Counted from the stretch's first letter, positions 38,069 through 51,474 are shown. The stretch: DNA of 64,000 nt from Eledone cirrhosa (GCA_964016885.1 OZ024752.1:11408001-11472000); one strand, 5' to 3'. Program-made: numbers and translations. Notes: generated from the sequence alone by a model not told the origin.

Positions 38069-38166
<98 letters not shown>

Positions 38167-38908
38167 CTATCTCTCGCTCTCTTTCTTTCTCTCTCTATCC
38201 ATATATATATATATATATATATGAAGTACTATAAATATTTACAAACGGAAAAGGCAGGGAAAAGCAATGGCTCTAGGGCCAAAGAGGAATAGAAAGGGGA
38301 TGGTGGGAGGATAATAAGCTCTGGGCCTAGGGCACGGCAGCGGTGTTGGGGCTGCGACCCGAGGACAACACCCCCAACATCATCGTCTCTGAAACTAAGT
38401 TGTAAATTGAGAAACAGTTTTATCCGCGTTCTTTGTTTAGTATGCAGTTAAATATATTTGCATATGTAGTACCTGTAGGAGCACTATTTCATAGTTATAC
38501 ATTATTTCTCATCATTTATGATATCTAATATCGGATACCTTATTGGAATGGATATTATTTAATGAAATATATTTATTGCCATGTAGTTCATAAGCAGAAA
38601 GTTTCTGTTTTTATTGAGGTAAATTTTCTACCTCACGGGACACTAACATTCGACATTAAAACAAAAAGAATTTATTAATATCCTACGTTCAAAGATGTCT
38701 TGTATTTCTGTGTGCTGATATTGTTAATATATTCCATATTAGTTAGGGTCAAGTAAGTAGGCTACGTCCCTTTATTCGTTTATCGTTTAGAGTGTTAACT
38801 CGTAAAAGCAGACTTTGGAGTGTTTCGCGTATCATATGGTCTTTATTATTCAGATAGACACAATTATTCTTCATATATATACACACCCACACATAAATAC
38901 ATACACAC

Positions 38909-39023
<115 letters not shown>

Positions 39024-39202
39024 TATGTATATATATACCATTTGAGTTAGTTTGCTTACCAAATACTCAAGTCCGTGGTTCTTTAATAAATATATATACA
39101 TTTATATACATATACATATATATATATATATATATATACATATATATACATATATATATATACATATATATATATGAAAAAATGGGGAGAAGAATACTGC
39201 AG

Positions 39203-39242
39203 GTCCGCTAAACTGATACGTACATATATGTATGTGTACCTG

Positions 39243-39292
<50 letters not shown>

Positions 39293-39718
39293 TGCTACTG
39301 TACGTCTGTATACATATATGTATGTACGTATACATACATACTTACATTTAAGTAAGTGCCGTACTAAGAGTGAGAAATGAAATTTCGTTTTCATTTTATT
39401 ACAACTTATCGTTTTCGGTACGCCTGGCGGAACTCACTCGATATGCAAATTAGACTGCTCAGCCGTTAATTTTCATAAGGAAAGTATATACTTTCGAACG
39501 ATCAACCATCTGGCAGAAGGGTATACGGTGCTGATGATAGCTAACAAGCTTGAAACTAGTACATCGTTCCTGTGTCAGTGTTGAACAAAAAGGTGACGTG
39601 GTTGCCTTAACACCGTACGGCATAAATTCAGGCTGTTCAGTTTGTTTACAAACGAACAAAGCGGGCGTTATAATAAGCGTCCGCTAAACTGATACGTACA
39701 TATATGTATGTGTACCTG

Positions 39719-39774
<56 letters not shown>

Positions 39775-39888
39775 TGCTACTGTACGTCTGTATACATATA
39801 TGTATGTACGTATACATACATACTTACATTTAAGTAAGTGCCGTACTAAGAGTGAAAAATGAAATTTCGTTTTCATTTTATTACAACT

Positions 39889-39889
<1 letters not shown>
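39203..39889 (+). mobile_element. Non-autonomous HHR retroelement, ~476-482-nt unit with ~205-nt terminal direct repeat
   Basis: 39203-39408 is repeated at 39679-39889 (the internal TA run differs in length); HHR between the repeats. Confidence 0.75.
39525..39567 (+). ncRNA. Minimal type I hammerhead ribozyme
   Basis: ACGGTG-CTGATGA-T-AGCT-AACA-AGCT-T-GAAA-CTAG-TA-CATCGT: 6-bp stem I, palindromic stem III ACTAGT. Confidence 0.82.
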
Positions 39890-39923
<34 letters not shown>

Positions 39924-40453
39924 TATATACATATGTGTGTATGAGAGTACATAGTGTAATATATTGTATATATACAAGGTTCAAGTGAAGAACCATATAG
40001 ACAATAGGAACTTGAGGAAGTACGGACGTTAATCCGATATAACAATACGCCAGTGTATTTGTACATTGGAAAAACTTTACTAGATAACATCTGAGTGCAC
40101 TTGTGTATATATGCACATTTCTTGGAAGCTGATAAAAATATTTGGAAAGAGGAACATAAGTATGAGGTTGAATTATTGCATCATGCAACCTATATCATAT
40201 TAGGAGGTTAGAAATATTTGATTTAAATATTAATCTGTACAATATTGTAGAATAATGTAACTGTTGGTGAAGCAATCTTTTGTAAATTGGTTTTAAATGT
40301 AGTTATTGTTCTAAGCCGAAATTCCATCGAATTATGAAATATTGTGAAATGTAATATTGCATATTATACGTATTATAATCTCAAATGTAATTTCAGGTAC
40401 GTAGTATAACCTGTACGATAGCATAAATTGTAAATATGACTGTCAAAGAGAGC

Positions 40454-41384
40454 CTGTGAGGTAGTGTTATACTACATAGAACTGTAATGTATCCTGTACT
40501 ATATAGAAGGTTAGATATGTTAATGTTACACTGTGAGGTAATAGTATACCTCATAGAACTCTAATGTATCCTGTACTATATAGAAGGTTAGATATGTTAA
40601 GGTTACACTGTGAGGTAATAGTATACCTCATAGAACTCTAATGTATCCTGTACTATATAGAAGGTTAGATATGTTAAGGTTACACTGTGAGGTAATAGTA
40701 TACCTCATAGAACTCTAATGTATCCTGTACTATATAGAAGGTTAGATATGTTAAGGTTACACTGTGAGGTAATAGTATACCTCATAGAACTCTAATGTAT
40801 CCTGTACTATATAAAAGGTTAGATATGTTAATGTTACACTGTGAGGTAATAGTATACCTCATAGAACTCTAATGTATCCTGTACTATATAGAAGGTTAGA
40901 TATGTTAAGGTTACACTGTGAGGTAATAGTATACCTCATAGAACTCTAATGTATCCTGTACTATATAGAAGGTTAGATATGTTAAGGTTACACTGTGAGG
41001 TAATAGTATACCTCATAGAACTCTAATGTATCCTGTACTATATAGAAGGTTAGATATGTTAAGGTTACACTGTGAGGTAATAGTATACCTCATAGAACTC
41101 TAATGTATCCTGTACTATATAAAAGGTTAGATATGTTAATGTTACACTGTGAGGTAATAGTATACCTCATAGAACTCTAATGTATCCTGTACTATATAAA
41201 AGGTTAGATATGTTAATGTTACACTGTGAGGTAATAGTATACCTCATAAAACTCTAATGTATCCTGTACTATATAAAAGGTTAGATATGTTAATGTTACA
41301 CTGTGAGGTAATAGTATACCTCATAGAACTCTAATGTATCCTGTACTATATAAAAGGTTAGATATGTTAATGTTGTTACACTGA
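40454..41384. repeat. 77-bp minisatellite, 12 copies, each with a 10-bp hairpin
   Basis: Units start every 77 nt from 40454; CTGTGAGGTA-ATAGTA-TACCTCATAG. Confidence 0.95.
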
Positions 41385-41419
41385 GTTTCACTAAACCTCA
41401 TCTGTCCATTTCTTACTTA

Positions 41420-41905
41420 CCCCTCTCACTGTCACACACACACGCACACACACACACACACTCTTTCTCACACACACACACACACACTCTTTCTCTCTCT
41501 CTGTCACACACACGCTCTCTCACTCTCTCTGTAACAAACACACAATCTCTCTTTTGCTCTCACTGTCACACACACACACACACTCTCTCTTCCTCACGCA
41601 CACACACACACACACACTCTCTCTATCTGTCACACACACACACTCGCTCACGTACACGCGCACACACACAAACTATCTCTCTCTCTCACTCTCACGCACA
41701 CACATTCTCTCTCACGCACACACAAACACTCTCTCTCACACACACGCACACACACACACACTCTCTCTCGCACAAACACACACACACACACACTCTCTCG
41801 CACAAACACACACACACACTCTCTCGCACGCACACACACACACACTCTCACACACTCACTCACACACTCACACACTCATACACACACACACACACACTCT
41901 CTCTC
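41420..41905. repeat. Mixed (CA)/(CT) low-complexity tract
   Basis: Directly visible. Confidence 0.9.
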
Positions 41906-42443
41906 ATTTTAATATTGTTTTTATCTCCTTACAGATGTTTCTTCTCTCACCTCATCTCTCCCTCCCACTCACCTATTTCTCTCTCTCTCGCCCTCTCTCT
42001 CTCCCTCTCTATGTATATATATTTATATATATATATATATATATACATTTACATATTATAAACATGTATCTCTTCCTTGCGTTTTCACAACTAAAAAAAA
42101 TTAAAGATAAGATAGCAACGCTTAAATATATATTTCATTTCCGTTTTAGTACAATTTCATCTTTATCAGGCTTAAAAGAAAGACAAACTATAATAGAGCT
42201 TTACCTACATATTAATTTCGCTTCATTTGCTTCTTAGAGACTTAAATATCTATGAATCCTCCTAAAATTTAGGAATGTCTCAAAGAAGTTGGTTTTCTTA
42301 GTTACTTATGCTGGTTTATATATATATAACGAAGGAAATGTGGTAAAGAACCAGGTGGACCATAACGCACCAAAGTACTCAGGGTAGTATACTTATGGTA
42401 GTAGAGTGGGTAATAGGAACGAGTAGGACCCCTACTCAGGTCC

Positions 42444-42474
<31 letters not shown>

Positions 42475-43164
42475 CATGAGAAGAAAGAAGAATACTGCGT
42501 GGTTTGCACATGGGTTACATATGATAAAAATAGTCCTTCGTCAGTGATTTTCCAACCATCATTGGTATTTCATCGCATTAAAAATCAGATACCTCAGATT
42601 GGTGCGAGCAATAATCTAAAAAAAGTTATTGGGACCAGTAATCGCGTAAAGCGAGGGGGACAAGTGAACAACATAGAAGGATAAAAACAAATATATATAT
42701 ATATATATATGCACACACATCCATTTATATAAATTGTATGTATATATGTATGTACATATATATATATGTGTGTATATATATAATGTATGTATATACATAC
42801 ATGTACGTACATATATATACATATATATATATATGTGCGGATATGTATGTATATACATATATATGTACATATGTGTATGTATATATATAATGTATGTATA
42901 TACATATTTATATATATATGTATGTGTGTATGTATATATAATTGTTTCTACTTTAGGTACAAGGCTAGCAATTACCCAGTGCATTACTGGTACCTTATTT
43001 TATCGACCCTGTAAGGATGAAAGGCAAAGTTAACCTCGGCGGGATTTGAACTCAGAATGGAAAGGGCCGTAACTCTAGTGTATGTATATATAATGTATGT
43101 ATATACATATATATATATGTGTGTGCGTATACATATATATATGTATGTGTTTATATGTATGTGT

Positions 43165-43246
<82 letters not shown>

Positions 43247-43409
43247 TGTGCAACGCCGTTCATCACTTAAAAAATCTTCAAGTATTGGCATCTCTTGATA
43301 TGTGACATTTTTGCGATGCGAGGCATGGCTGTCTCTAGCAGGAGGACAATTACTCGAAATCCAGTTTCAGCCATCATCATCATCATCATCTTATATATAT
43401 ATATATATA

Positions 43410-43762
43410 TACAATGATATTAAATAAATGGAAACTGTATTTATAAAACCATATTTATTTTATTATATATATTTCAAGGGCGGTAGATTGGCAGTATGGG
43501 TAGAGGGTCGGACGCCATGCTTTCCAGCATAGTTACGTCCCTTTACGGTCTGAGTTCAAATCCCGCCGAGGTTTACTTTGCCTTTCATCCTTACGGGGTC
43601 GATAAAATAAAGTACCAGTAATACACTGTGTAATTGCTGGCCTTGTGCCAAAAGTAGAAACAATTATAGATATGACAGAAACAATTATATAGATTTCAAG
43701 GGCAACCAAGACAACATTGGTACGCTTTCATCAGATAAAATACAAAGTTTGTTTTATAAACA
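43410..43762 (-). mobile_element. GTACCAA-stem HHR element interrupted by SINE A (~43477-43684)
   Basis: Flanks rejoin to give CTGATGA-AAGCGTACCAA..TTGGTTGCCCTT-GAAA-TATATATA on the minus strand; TSD TTATATA(T/G)ATTTCAAGGG. Confidence 0.75.
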
Positions 43763-44177
43763 TAGATAGAGACATACCCATGAAAACCATACCTTATCGG
43801 TTGGAAATTCACTGGATAGTGGAAATATATTAGGGATTATTCAAACTTATGAATATGTAAATAATTGAAAAACAACTGTTTATTTAAATGACACTGGAGA
43901 AAGAGAGAGTAAAAAGAGAGAGAGAAAAAATAAAAAATATTACGAGAGAGATAGAGAGAAGAAATTAACAAGAGGATGAATAGAACTCATGTAACGTTAG
44001 TATGGGGGAATATTTTTTAAGTATATATCTACTAATGTTACGTGTATTTACGATTAATTAGTTGTTAAAATTCTTTTCTACCATAATATTTACTAAGTAG
44101 ATCGAAAAATAGTTAGAAAAATATATAGATAGAAAAATAAATCAATAAAACAATAAATATATATATATATATATATA

Positions 44178-44431
44178 TGAAAAGTGTAATTTTCTACACA
44201 AAACGAAGGTTATAGAGAAAATTGAGGTTGGTAATGGCACATGGAATATATAAGAGACAGAATACTTTTTTGTGAAAAAACATAATTTTATAAGGTAAGG
44301 AAATAATAAAGGGTATAAAAAATGACCGGTTTTATACCCTTTATTATTTCCTTACCTTATAAAATTATGTTTTTTCACAAAAAAGTATTCTGTCTCTTAT
44401 ATATTCCATGTGCCATTACCAACCTCAATTT

Positions 44432-44437
<6 letters not shown>
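44178..44437. mobile_element. Fold-back insert, ~107-bp perfect arms
   Basis: 44214-44320 / 44330-44436; the spacer read on the minus strand is AAA-CCGG-TC (HHR stem III and cleavage triplet). Confidence 0.8.
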
Positions 44438-44467
<30 letters not shown>

Positions 44468-44470
<3 letters not shown>

Positions 44471-44771
44471 TAAAAGAGAAAACACAGGTAAGCATTAAGA
44501 GAAGGATTTTATCCAGGTATTTACGACCGTTTCATTGGTAAGTGCAACCTTATATTGCCATACTGCAAATAGCAGCCCCAACGGTCGTAAATACCTGGAT
44601 AAAATCCTTCTCTTAATGCTTACCTGTGTTTTCTCTTTTATACTTTATACTCCAAGATTGAACGGAATTCTTACAAACTTGTGGAGTTACCCCTAACCGT
44701 ACGTTGAAACCATCCATGAAACTGGCTTTCTTAACCAAAAACTGGATCACAACAAGCAATTTTTTGCTCCT

Positions 44772-44776
<5 letters not shown>
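44468..44776. mobile_element. Fold-back insert, ~64-bp arms plus tail
   Basis: 44468-44531 / 44580-44643; the arms end at GAAA-CGGTCG-TA. Confidence 0.75.
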
Positions 44777-44821
<45 letters not shown>

Positions 44822-45003
44822 AGGAGTTTATCCAAAATCTCTGAAGAAGTGACAACTGATTATACATTTGCTATCGAATACTTGCTAACATTATATGATT
44901 ACGCAAGCAGCGATACATAAGTATTCGGTCTGTTACAGAAACATATGTCAATACCTAATAAATTCCTTTTTTAACAAAAGCACTTTCATTTTATATTCAT
45001 CCT

Positions 45004-45041
<38 letters not shown>

Positions 45042-45184
45042 TCTGTAGCATAGAGTTACGGTCCTTTACGGTTTGAGTTCAAATCCCGCCGAGGTTAACT
45101 TAGTCTTTCATATTTACGGGGTCGATACCAGTAATCAGTAATGCACTGGGATAATTGCTGGCCTTGTGCCAAAAGTAGAAACAA

Positions 45185-45258
<74 letters not shown>

Positions 45259-46339
45259 TAATTGTTTCTACTTTTGGCACAAGGCCAGCAATTATCCCAG
45301 TGCATTACTAGTATCGACCCACCAAATTTAAACGTATATATATATATATATATACGTTTAAATTTGGTGGTTTACCACTGGGTAGAATTGGCCATTCTGC
45401 AATGTTAACCATAACGTAATATAAGAAAAGCTCTCGACATTATATTTATACACGTATTCTGAGTTCAAATTCCGCCGAGGTTAACTTTGCCTTTCATCCT
45501 TATGGGGTCGATAAAATAAAGTACCAGTAATGCACTGGGTAATTGCTGGCCTTGTGCCAAAAGTAGAAACAATTATATTTATGCACGTATTTGCCCTAGA
45601 TATTATGTGCTTTATATATGTACAAAATACTACGTTTTTCTCAAACGATATATACCGCTTTCTCTCTCTGTTTAAATAAGGAACGATCGACTTTCGTCAA
45701 ATCGGACCGAGGAAACAATGTTTCCATTGTTCTTTCCAATTGCTAATACAATCTATCGGTCGCAACTCCAGGTAGAAGGAGCAACGTGAAATAAAGTGTC
45801 TTGCTCAAGGACATAATGCATCGCCCGGATTTGGAATCGAACCCACAACCTCACGATTGCGAATCCAAATCTCTAACCATTCAGCCACGTGCCTTCTGTG
45901 TATATCTTTTAATTTGAAGTGTATACTTATATGAAAGAATCGGGACTCCGACGGGTGGGCTCTTGCCATATTAACAGCTAGTTGAAACGGCAAGAACTCA
46001 GCTGTTGGGGTCCTGTCACTTTCATATAACCATACTCCGGTGAATTTTTAATACAAGTATATACCAGAATAGAAGTGGTAAAAAACAATTAGACCATTAC
46101 TCACCAGAGTACTCGATACTTGGGGTAGTAGAGTGGAAAATGTGAAAAATTCCTGACCCCGACGGCTGAACTTCTGTCGTTTCAACAGGTAGATCTGAAC
46201 ATTCGTATCTAGCTGTTGAAACGGCGGGAGGACAGTTGTCGGGGTCCCGAATTTTTCATATATATATATATATATATATACATATATAACCGTTAAGGTC
46301 CGATTCCTGGGTATGTCACTATTTATAAAAAACATTTTG

Positions 46340-46400
46340 TATTTTATCTGATGAGAGCGTACCAAAGATTTGGTACCCTTGAAATATATATAATAGAATA
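46340..46400 (+). ncRNA. Type I hammerhead ribozyme (GTACCAA-stem family)
   Basis: TATTTTAT-CTGATGA-GAG-C-GTACCAA AGAT TTGGTAC-C-CTT-GAAA-TATATA-TA-ATAGAATA (8-bp stem I). Other copies at ~23485, 43460/43730, 55500 and 56192-56252. Confidence 0.75.
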
Positions 46401-46431
46401 AATATGGTTTTATAAATATAGTTTCCATTTA

Positions 46432-46465
<34 letters not shown>

Positions 46466-46466
<1 letters not shown>

Positions 46467-46990
46467 AGTTTATGTTCGTTGTATACCAACACCTAAGTAT
46501 GCAGGCTGGAGCACTCGACGAAGTGCGCAGGTTGGTTTGGTTACTCCGGAGTAGTGTAAAATAAAGTTAAATAAAAGTCAAATGATTAAAATTTAGCTTC
46601 GTTTATTACTGCTATATATATTTCAGTGACAGCCATCTTTGGCTGTGACCTCTTCAGGCAGTTTGAATTAGTATGGTATAGACAAGTACATATGTTGTTT
46701 AGGTGTATGCTATTGTCAATACTCTGATATGCCCAGTTCCTTGTTTGGTTGTTAATTCACTGAGGAACTGGAGTCATATGACTGGAGTGAATTAACAACC
46801 AAACAAGGAACTGGGCATATCAGAGTATTGACAATATTATACACCTAAACAACATATGTACTTGTCTATACCATACTAATTCAAACTGCCTGAAGAGGTC
46901 ACAGCCAAAGATGGCTGTCACTGAAATATATATAGCAGTAATAAACGAAGCTAAATTTTAATCATTTGACTTTTATTTAACTTTATTTTA
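46466..46990. mobile_element. Fold-back Penelope-like remnant, ~205-bp arms with an HHR in each
   Basis: 46556-46760 / 46786-46990 are inverted; HHRs at 46608-46662(-) and 46885-46939(+). Confidence 0.85.
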
Positions 46991-47002
46991 TATATATATA
47001 TA

Positions 47003-47210
47003 TTTAATATAGAAAAGGCTTCTACAGGACTAGAACTGTTTCATTCAGGAGAAATCATCAGGAAGGCCCTGATTATTTCCTGATGATTTCTCCCGAATGA
47101 AACAGTTCAAGTCCTGTAGAAGCCTTTTCTATATTAAATATTTATACTCTACTTTGTATTGAGTACCTTACTTACTGTGGTTACCCCCGATTGAACCCGG
47201 GATATACTTA
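47003..47210. mobile_element. Fold-back insert with hammerhead-like motif; second family member at 52000-52188
   Basis: CTGATGA(47080)-TTTC-TCCC-GAAT-GAAAC..GTC; in both copies the arms meet at or within the CTGATGA box. Confidence 0.65.
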
Positions 47211-48094
47211 TATATATATATATATATAATGTCTGTGTGTTGACTCTCGAGACTAGTGCTACAACCCACTAATGAGATTAGCTGTTATATTAACATGTTT
47301 ATCTAGATCTATACCAACAGGTGTCCATCAGGTGTCATATCATTGTGGATATGTTAATTAAATAGAACCACTAAATAAATAAATTGAATTCTTTTATGCT
47401 ATGCTGGTAGATCAATAAAAACATAGTTTGTTGCAGTAGTAGTAGTAGTAACAATAGTACCAGCCGTCGTAGTACTAGTAGTAGTAGCAGCAGCAGCAGA
47501 TGCAGCAATAGTAGTAGTAGTAGTGTTTGTCGTCGTCGTAGTAGTAGTAGTAGCAGCAGCAGCACCTTACCCACAAGTGAACCCTGATAAGGGACACTTA
47601 TCCTACCCTTTAAATTTTGAGACGAAATATCTTTTTGTATGTCTTCATAAATTCGAAAAGTATCAAAACAAAAAGAAAAGGTTGAGGTGTGCTACAAACG
47701 GTGAAGAAGCTTCCTGTAAAATACTGTGATGACACAACACTCGAATAGAATTAAATAACGGCTGGTACATTCTTTGAGGAACAGATACCCTCATAGAGAC
47801 ACAGAAGGCGCATGGCTTAGTGGTTAGAGCATTGGACTTGCAATCGAAAGGTTGTGAGTTCAATTCTCGAACCGGGTGATGTGTTGTTTCCTTGAGCAAG
47901 ATACTTTATTTCCCGTTGCTCCAGTTTACTCAGCTGTAGAAATGAGATGATAGGACTGGGGTCCCTATCATTAAATCACCCAAGACACCTCCAATGAGAT
48001 ATACCTGGGAGGAGGCCAGCTAAACCTGCATATGTGCGAGCTGTAACAAAAAAAGAAAATAAAAGAGAGAAAACTAGGAGTCCTAACACAAGCA

Positions 48095-48350
48095 ATCACT
48101 ACCTCTCTACGGACCAACTGACGTTGTACACCAGGTCCGCCCCACGGTGCCGGTGGATAGAATGGATAAGGGCGGTAAGGGAGATGCGCTGGAAGAGCCA
48201 TTCCATCTCGCGAGGCTCACACCTGCGGCTAATCAACTCAGCGTCTATGGTGGTAAGTAGGAAGGTAGCGCTAGGGCCAAGGACACCAGAAGTCTCCACA
48301 GATAGGGGCACGACTGCAAACCTATTGGTATAGCGACCGATAACTTTTAT
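48095..48350 (-). mobile_element. CRE-clade retrotransposon RLE-domain fragment
   Basis: RFAVVPLSVETSGVLGPSATFLLTTI.AEL....EPREMEWLFQRISL. Confidence 0.7.
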
Positions 48351-48512
48351 TGACTGTCATGTCAACTTATAAAGCTGGCGAAATTGTGTCGTAGTCCCTA
48401 CTCTGCCCGAACGAACCTGTCAGGAATATGTGGGGAAAGAAGAAGAAAATGCTATTCGAAGGTCTTATGATTCGACCAATCCACTGCCGATGGATTAAGT
48501 CCGACAATAAAA

Positions 48513-48882
48513 TAATTGTTTTAATTTTTGGCACAAGGGCTTCAATTATTCCAGTGCATTACTGGTACTTAATTTTATCGATACCGTAAGGATGGAAAAC
48601 AAAGTTAACCTTGGTAGGATTGAACTCAAACTGTAAAGGACCGTAACTCTATGATGCAAAGCATGGCGTCCGACCTTCTACTGATAATTCCAATCCACCC
48701 TCCGACAACAAAATAATTGTTTCTACTTTTGGCACAAGGCCAGCAATTACCCAGTGCATCACTGATACTTTATTTTATCGACCCCGTAATGATGAAAGAC
48801 AAAGTTAGCCTCGACGGGATTTGAACTCAGATCTTAAAGGGACGTAACTATGTTAGAAAGCATGGCGTCCGACCCTCTACCG
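48513..48882 (-). mobile_element. Two tandem SINE A copies
   Basis: Family A consensus, minus strand. Confidence 0.85.
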
Positions 48883-49449
48883 ACAACAAAATAATGAAGT
48901 TATATGTTAAATTCCTGGTTGAAGCACATATTTATTGAAAGAAAAGTGTTCAACAATTGTTTACAATGCTAATGAAGTAAACTTAACCAGAGTGAAATAC
49001 TGAAGTACAAGAAGGTGTAAAATAACATCAGTTCATTATATCTGGTGTGAGAAAATGCCTGTTAACAGTTTGTATATGTTTTACTAGTGTTTATGTATAC
49101 GCTATGTCTGTTAGTTTATGTTAAAAAGTGATTATGGTAAATGGAAACGTTTGTGTGTGTATGAATGTTCTCCTGTATAGTTTATGTATGTGTGGATGTT
49201 GATATACGGGCTGTTTATTGTGTATATTTTTCTGCTTTGTGTAACTATACACATAGTGTATGAGTGTAAATATTTGTGTGTTTACTTGGGAAATCAGTGT
49301 GTCTCTGTGTGGGCGAGGTGGATATAATCTAGCGCTTATATGAGAAGTTTATTGTGTAGCTGTTTGCGGAGTAGGCCTATGTATATGTATGAGTATGTGT
49401 GTGTGTTGGTGTGTCTTTCTGTGTTTGCGTCTGTCTGTATTTGTGTGTT

Positions 49450-49492
<43 letters not shown>

Positions 49493-50020
49493 TTGTGTGT
49501 CTGTGTTTAATCTGTATTTAGCTCTAAGATTCAGATTAATCTCCCGATTAAGAGGCATTAGTGAAACATAAAAACAACTGCATCAGCAATATGCATCAAT
49601 GACAAAGCTAGCAACACCATCATCATCACCATCATCATCATCACCATCATCATCACCATCATCATCATCATCAGTGATTAAAACAAAAACAATCAATGCA
49701 GCTTCCTCTAAAAACATCTATTACGTTCTGTGAGACAAGGTCAACTAAATATTCATGTCACACATGGAACCTCGAATATATTGGACCAATAGGATAATAT
49801 ATTTTGATATGACATCACCAAATGTTGCAGTATCTCTCTGGTCACTGGACGTGCTAAAAAGAAGAGCTAAATGTCCCTCAAACAACACAATATTACATTT
49901 TACGTTAGAATGCTAGATAATCTACTCGGGTACACACCATTCCTGAAAACAAAAGAGGCAAGCTCTGCTAGACCAAGGCTGATTTGAGGAAGAACAAAGC
50001 TTGTTAGGACCTGCTGTATG

Positions 50021-50081
<61 letters not shown>

Positions 50082-50434
50082 ATTTTAGAGAGAATGAGTA
50101 TTTGGTAGTATTTACATATAAAATATTTCCAATTCTATCTGCTGACCTTGTAGTACGTTTCAAGCAGTGGTAGAGCGTCGGACCCATGCTTTGCGGCATA
50201 GAGTTACGGCCCTTTACGTTCTGAGTTCAAATACCGCTGTGGTTACGCTTTCAACATCATCCTTACGGGGTCGATAAAATAAAGTACCAGTAATGCACTG
50301 GAGTCGGTTTAATCGACTTTCCCCTCCCCTCCCCTTCAAATTGCTGGCCTTGTGCTTAAATCAGAAACCATTAATATTATTTAAAAAGAACTACACGAAT
50401 GGTCAATTGTCTTCCATGCAATCACTTCGTAACC

Positions 50435-51009
50435 CATGACCGTAAATTAAGCCAAATCCCGCGACTTTCTTGAACAAGAAGCTAAAGTAGGAAAGTCGAT
50501 GCAGCCAACTTACCTACTAGATGTAGCAGCCAAATACCTCCCTCGTCGCATCATACCATTAAACAAGTATACAGGGTGCTTCAAAAATAATGACCCAATT
50601 TTAAACAGCTATATTTATTACAAAAAACGCTGTACAGTAATGAAACATGGCCGTAAATTAAGCCAAACCCCCGCCACTTTGTTGAACAAGATGCTAAAGA
50701 AGGAACGTCGATGCAACCAACAGATCTGCTAGAAATAGCAGACAAATACCCCTATAATCGCATCATCCTATTAAACAAGTATTCAGGGTGTTTCAAAAAG
50801 AATGAGCCAATTTTAAACAGCTATATTTATTACAGTAATGGAACGAAGTTCAGTTCGTGACACGCCGGCAAAGATATCGATTATAACCTCACAACAAGTT
50901 GTTGTCAGTTTTAAAATGATGTCCGCACAACAAAAGCGTTTATTTATTTTTTTTTTTGTAATTAATATAGCAGTTTAAAATTGGGTCATTCTTTTTGCAA
51001 CAGCCTGTA
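50435..51009. mobile_element. Mariner-type MITE (~50782-51007) plus 211-bp tandem duplication of its left end and flank
   Basis: TIR CAGGGTGTTTCAAAAAGAATGA.CCAATTTTAAAC / GTTTAAAATTGGGTCATTCTTTTTGCAACAGCCTG-TA; 50435-50640 is duplicated at 50646-50840. Confidence 0.7.
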
Positions 51010-51417
51010 CATTCAATAATGTAAACCTAATTATAATATTTCTGTTAAAAAGAAAGTAAATTATTTAAACGACATTTATCTTAGATCTCATTAATCAAAT
51101 TTCTCCTGGGTCCTGGGGCGAAAATATCTATATATTACTATATAAGCTTGCTTGCTTGTCTGTAATGTAATACAGCCAATGGAAAAATACTTTGAAAGAA
51201 ATACAAATGGATTAAAACAAGTTTCGCGTAAATCGGAGGGTGAGTTCCCAAGATATGGCGTTTTCCGGGTACCTTCATAAGCAGAAAGAGAGAAGGATAG
51301 AGATAAAGAGATAGTGGTTGCGAGAGACTAGATTGGAATAGAGGCATGGACAGAGGAGGAGAATGGAAGAGAGAGAGCTGGTGGTGGTGTTGTGTATATG
51401 TATATATATATATATAT

Positions 51418-51474
<57 letters not shown>

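Noticed and set aside
40531-40565. Hammerhead in the 77-bp repeat (CTGTGA..GAAC)
   Set aside because: It lacks CUGANGA and GAAA spacing; only a simple hairpin is supported.
47576-47713. Minus-strand exon candidate (TTTTACAG ... GTAAGG)
   Set aside because: All three frames contain stops; there is no evidence without transcript data.
51176-51239. Plus-strand micro-exon candidate (TACAG..GTGAGT; PMEKYFERN..)
   Set aside because: It is embedded in sequence resembling a Helitron/MITE 5' end (TCTATATATTACTATATAAG..), and there are no partner exons.
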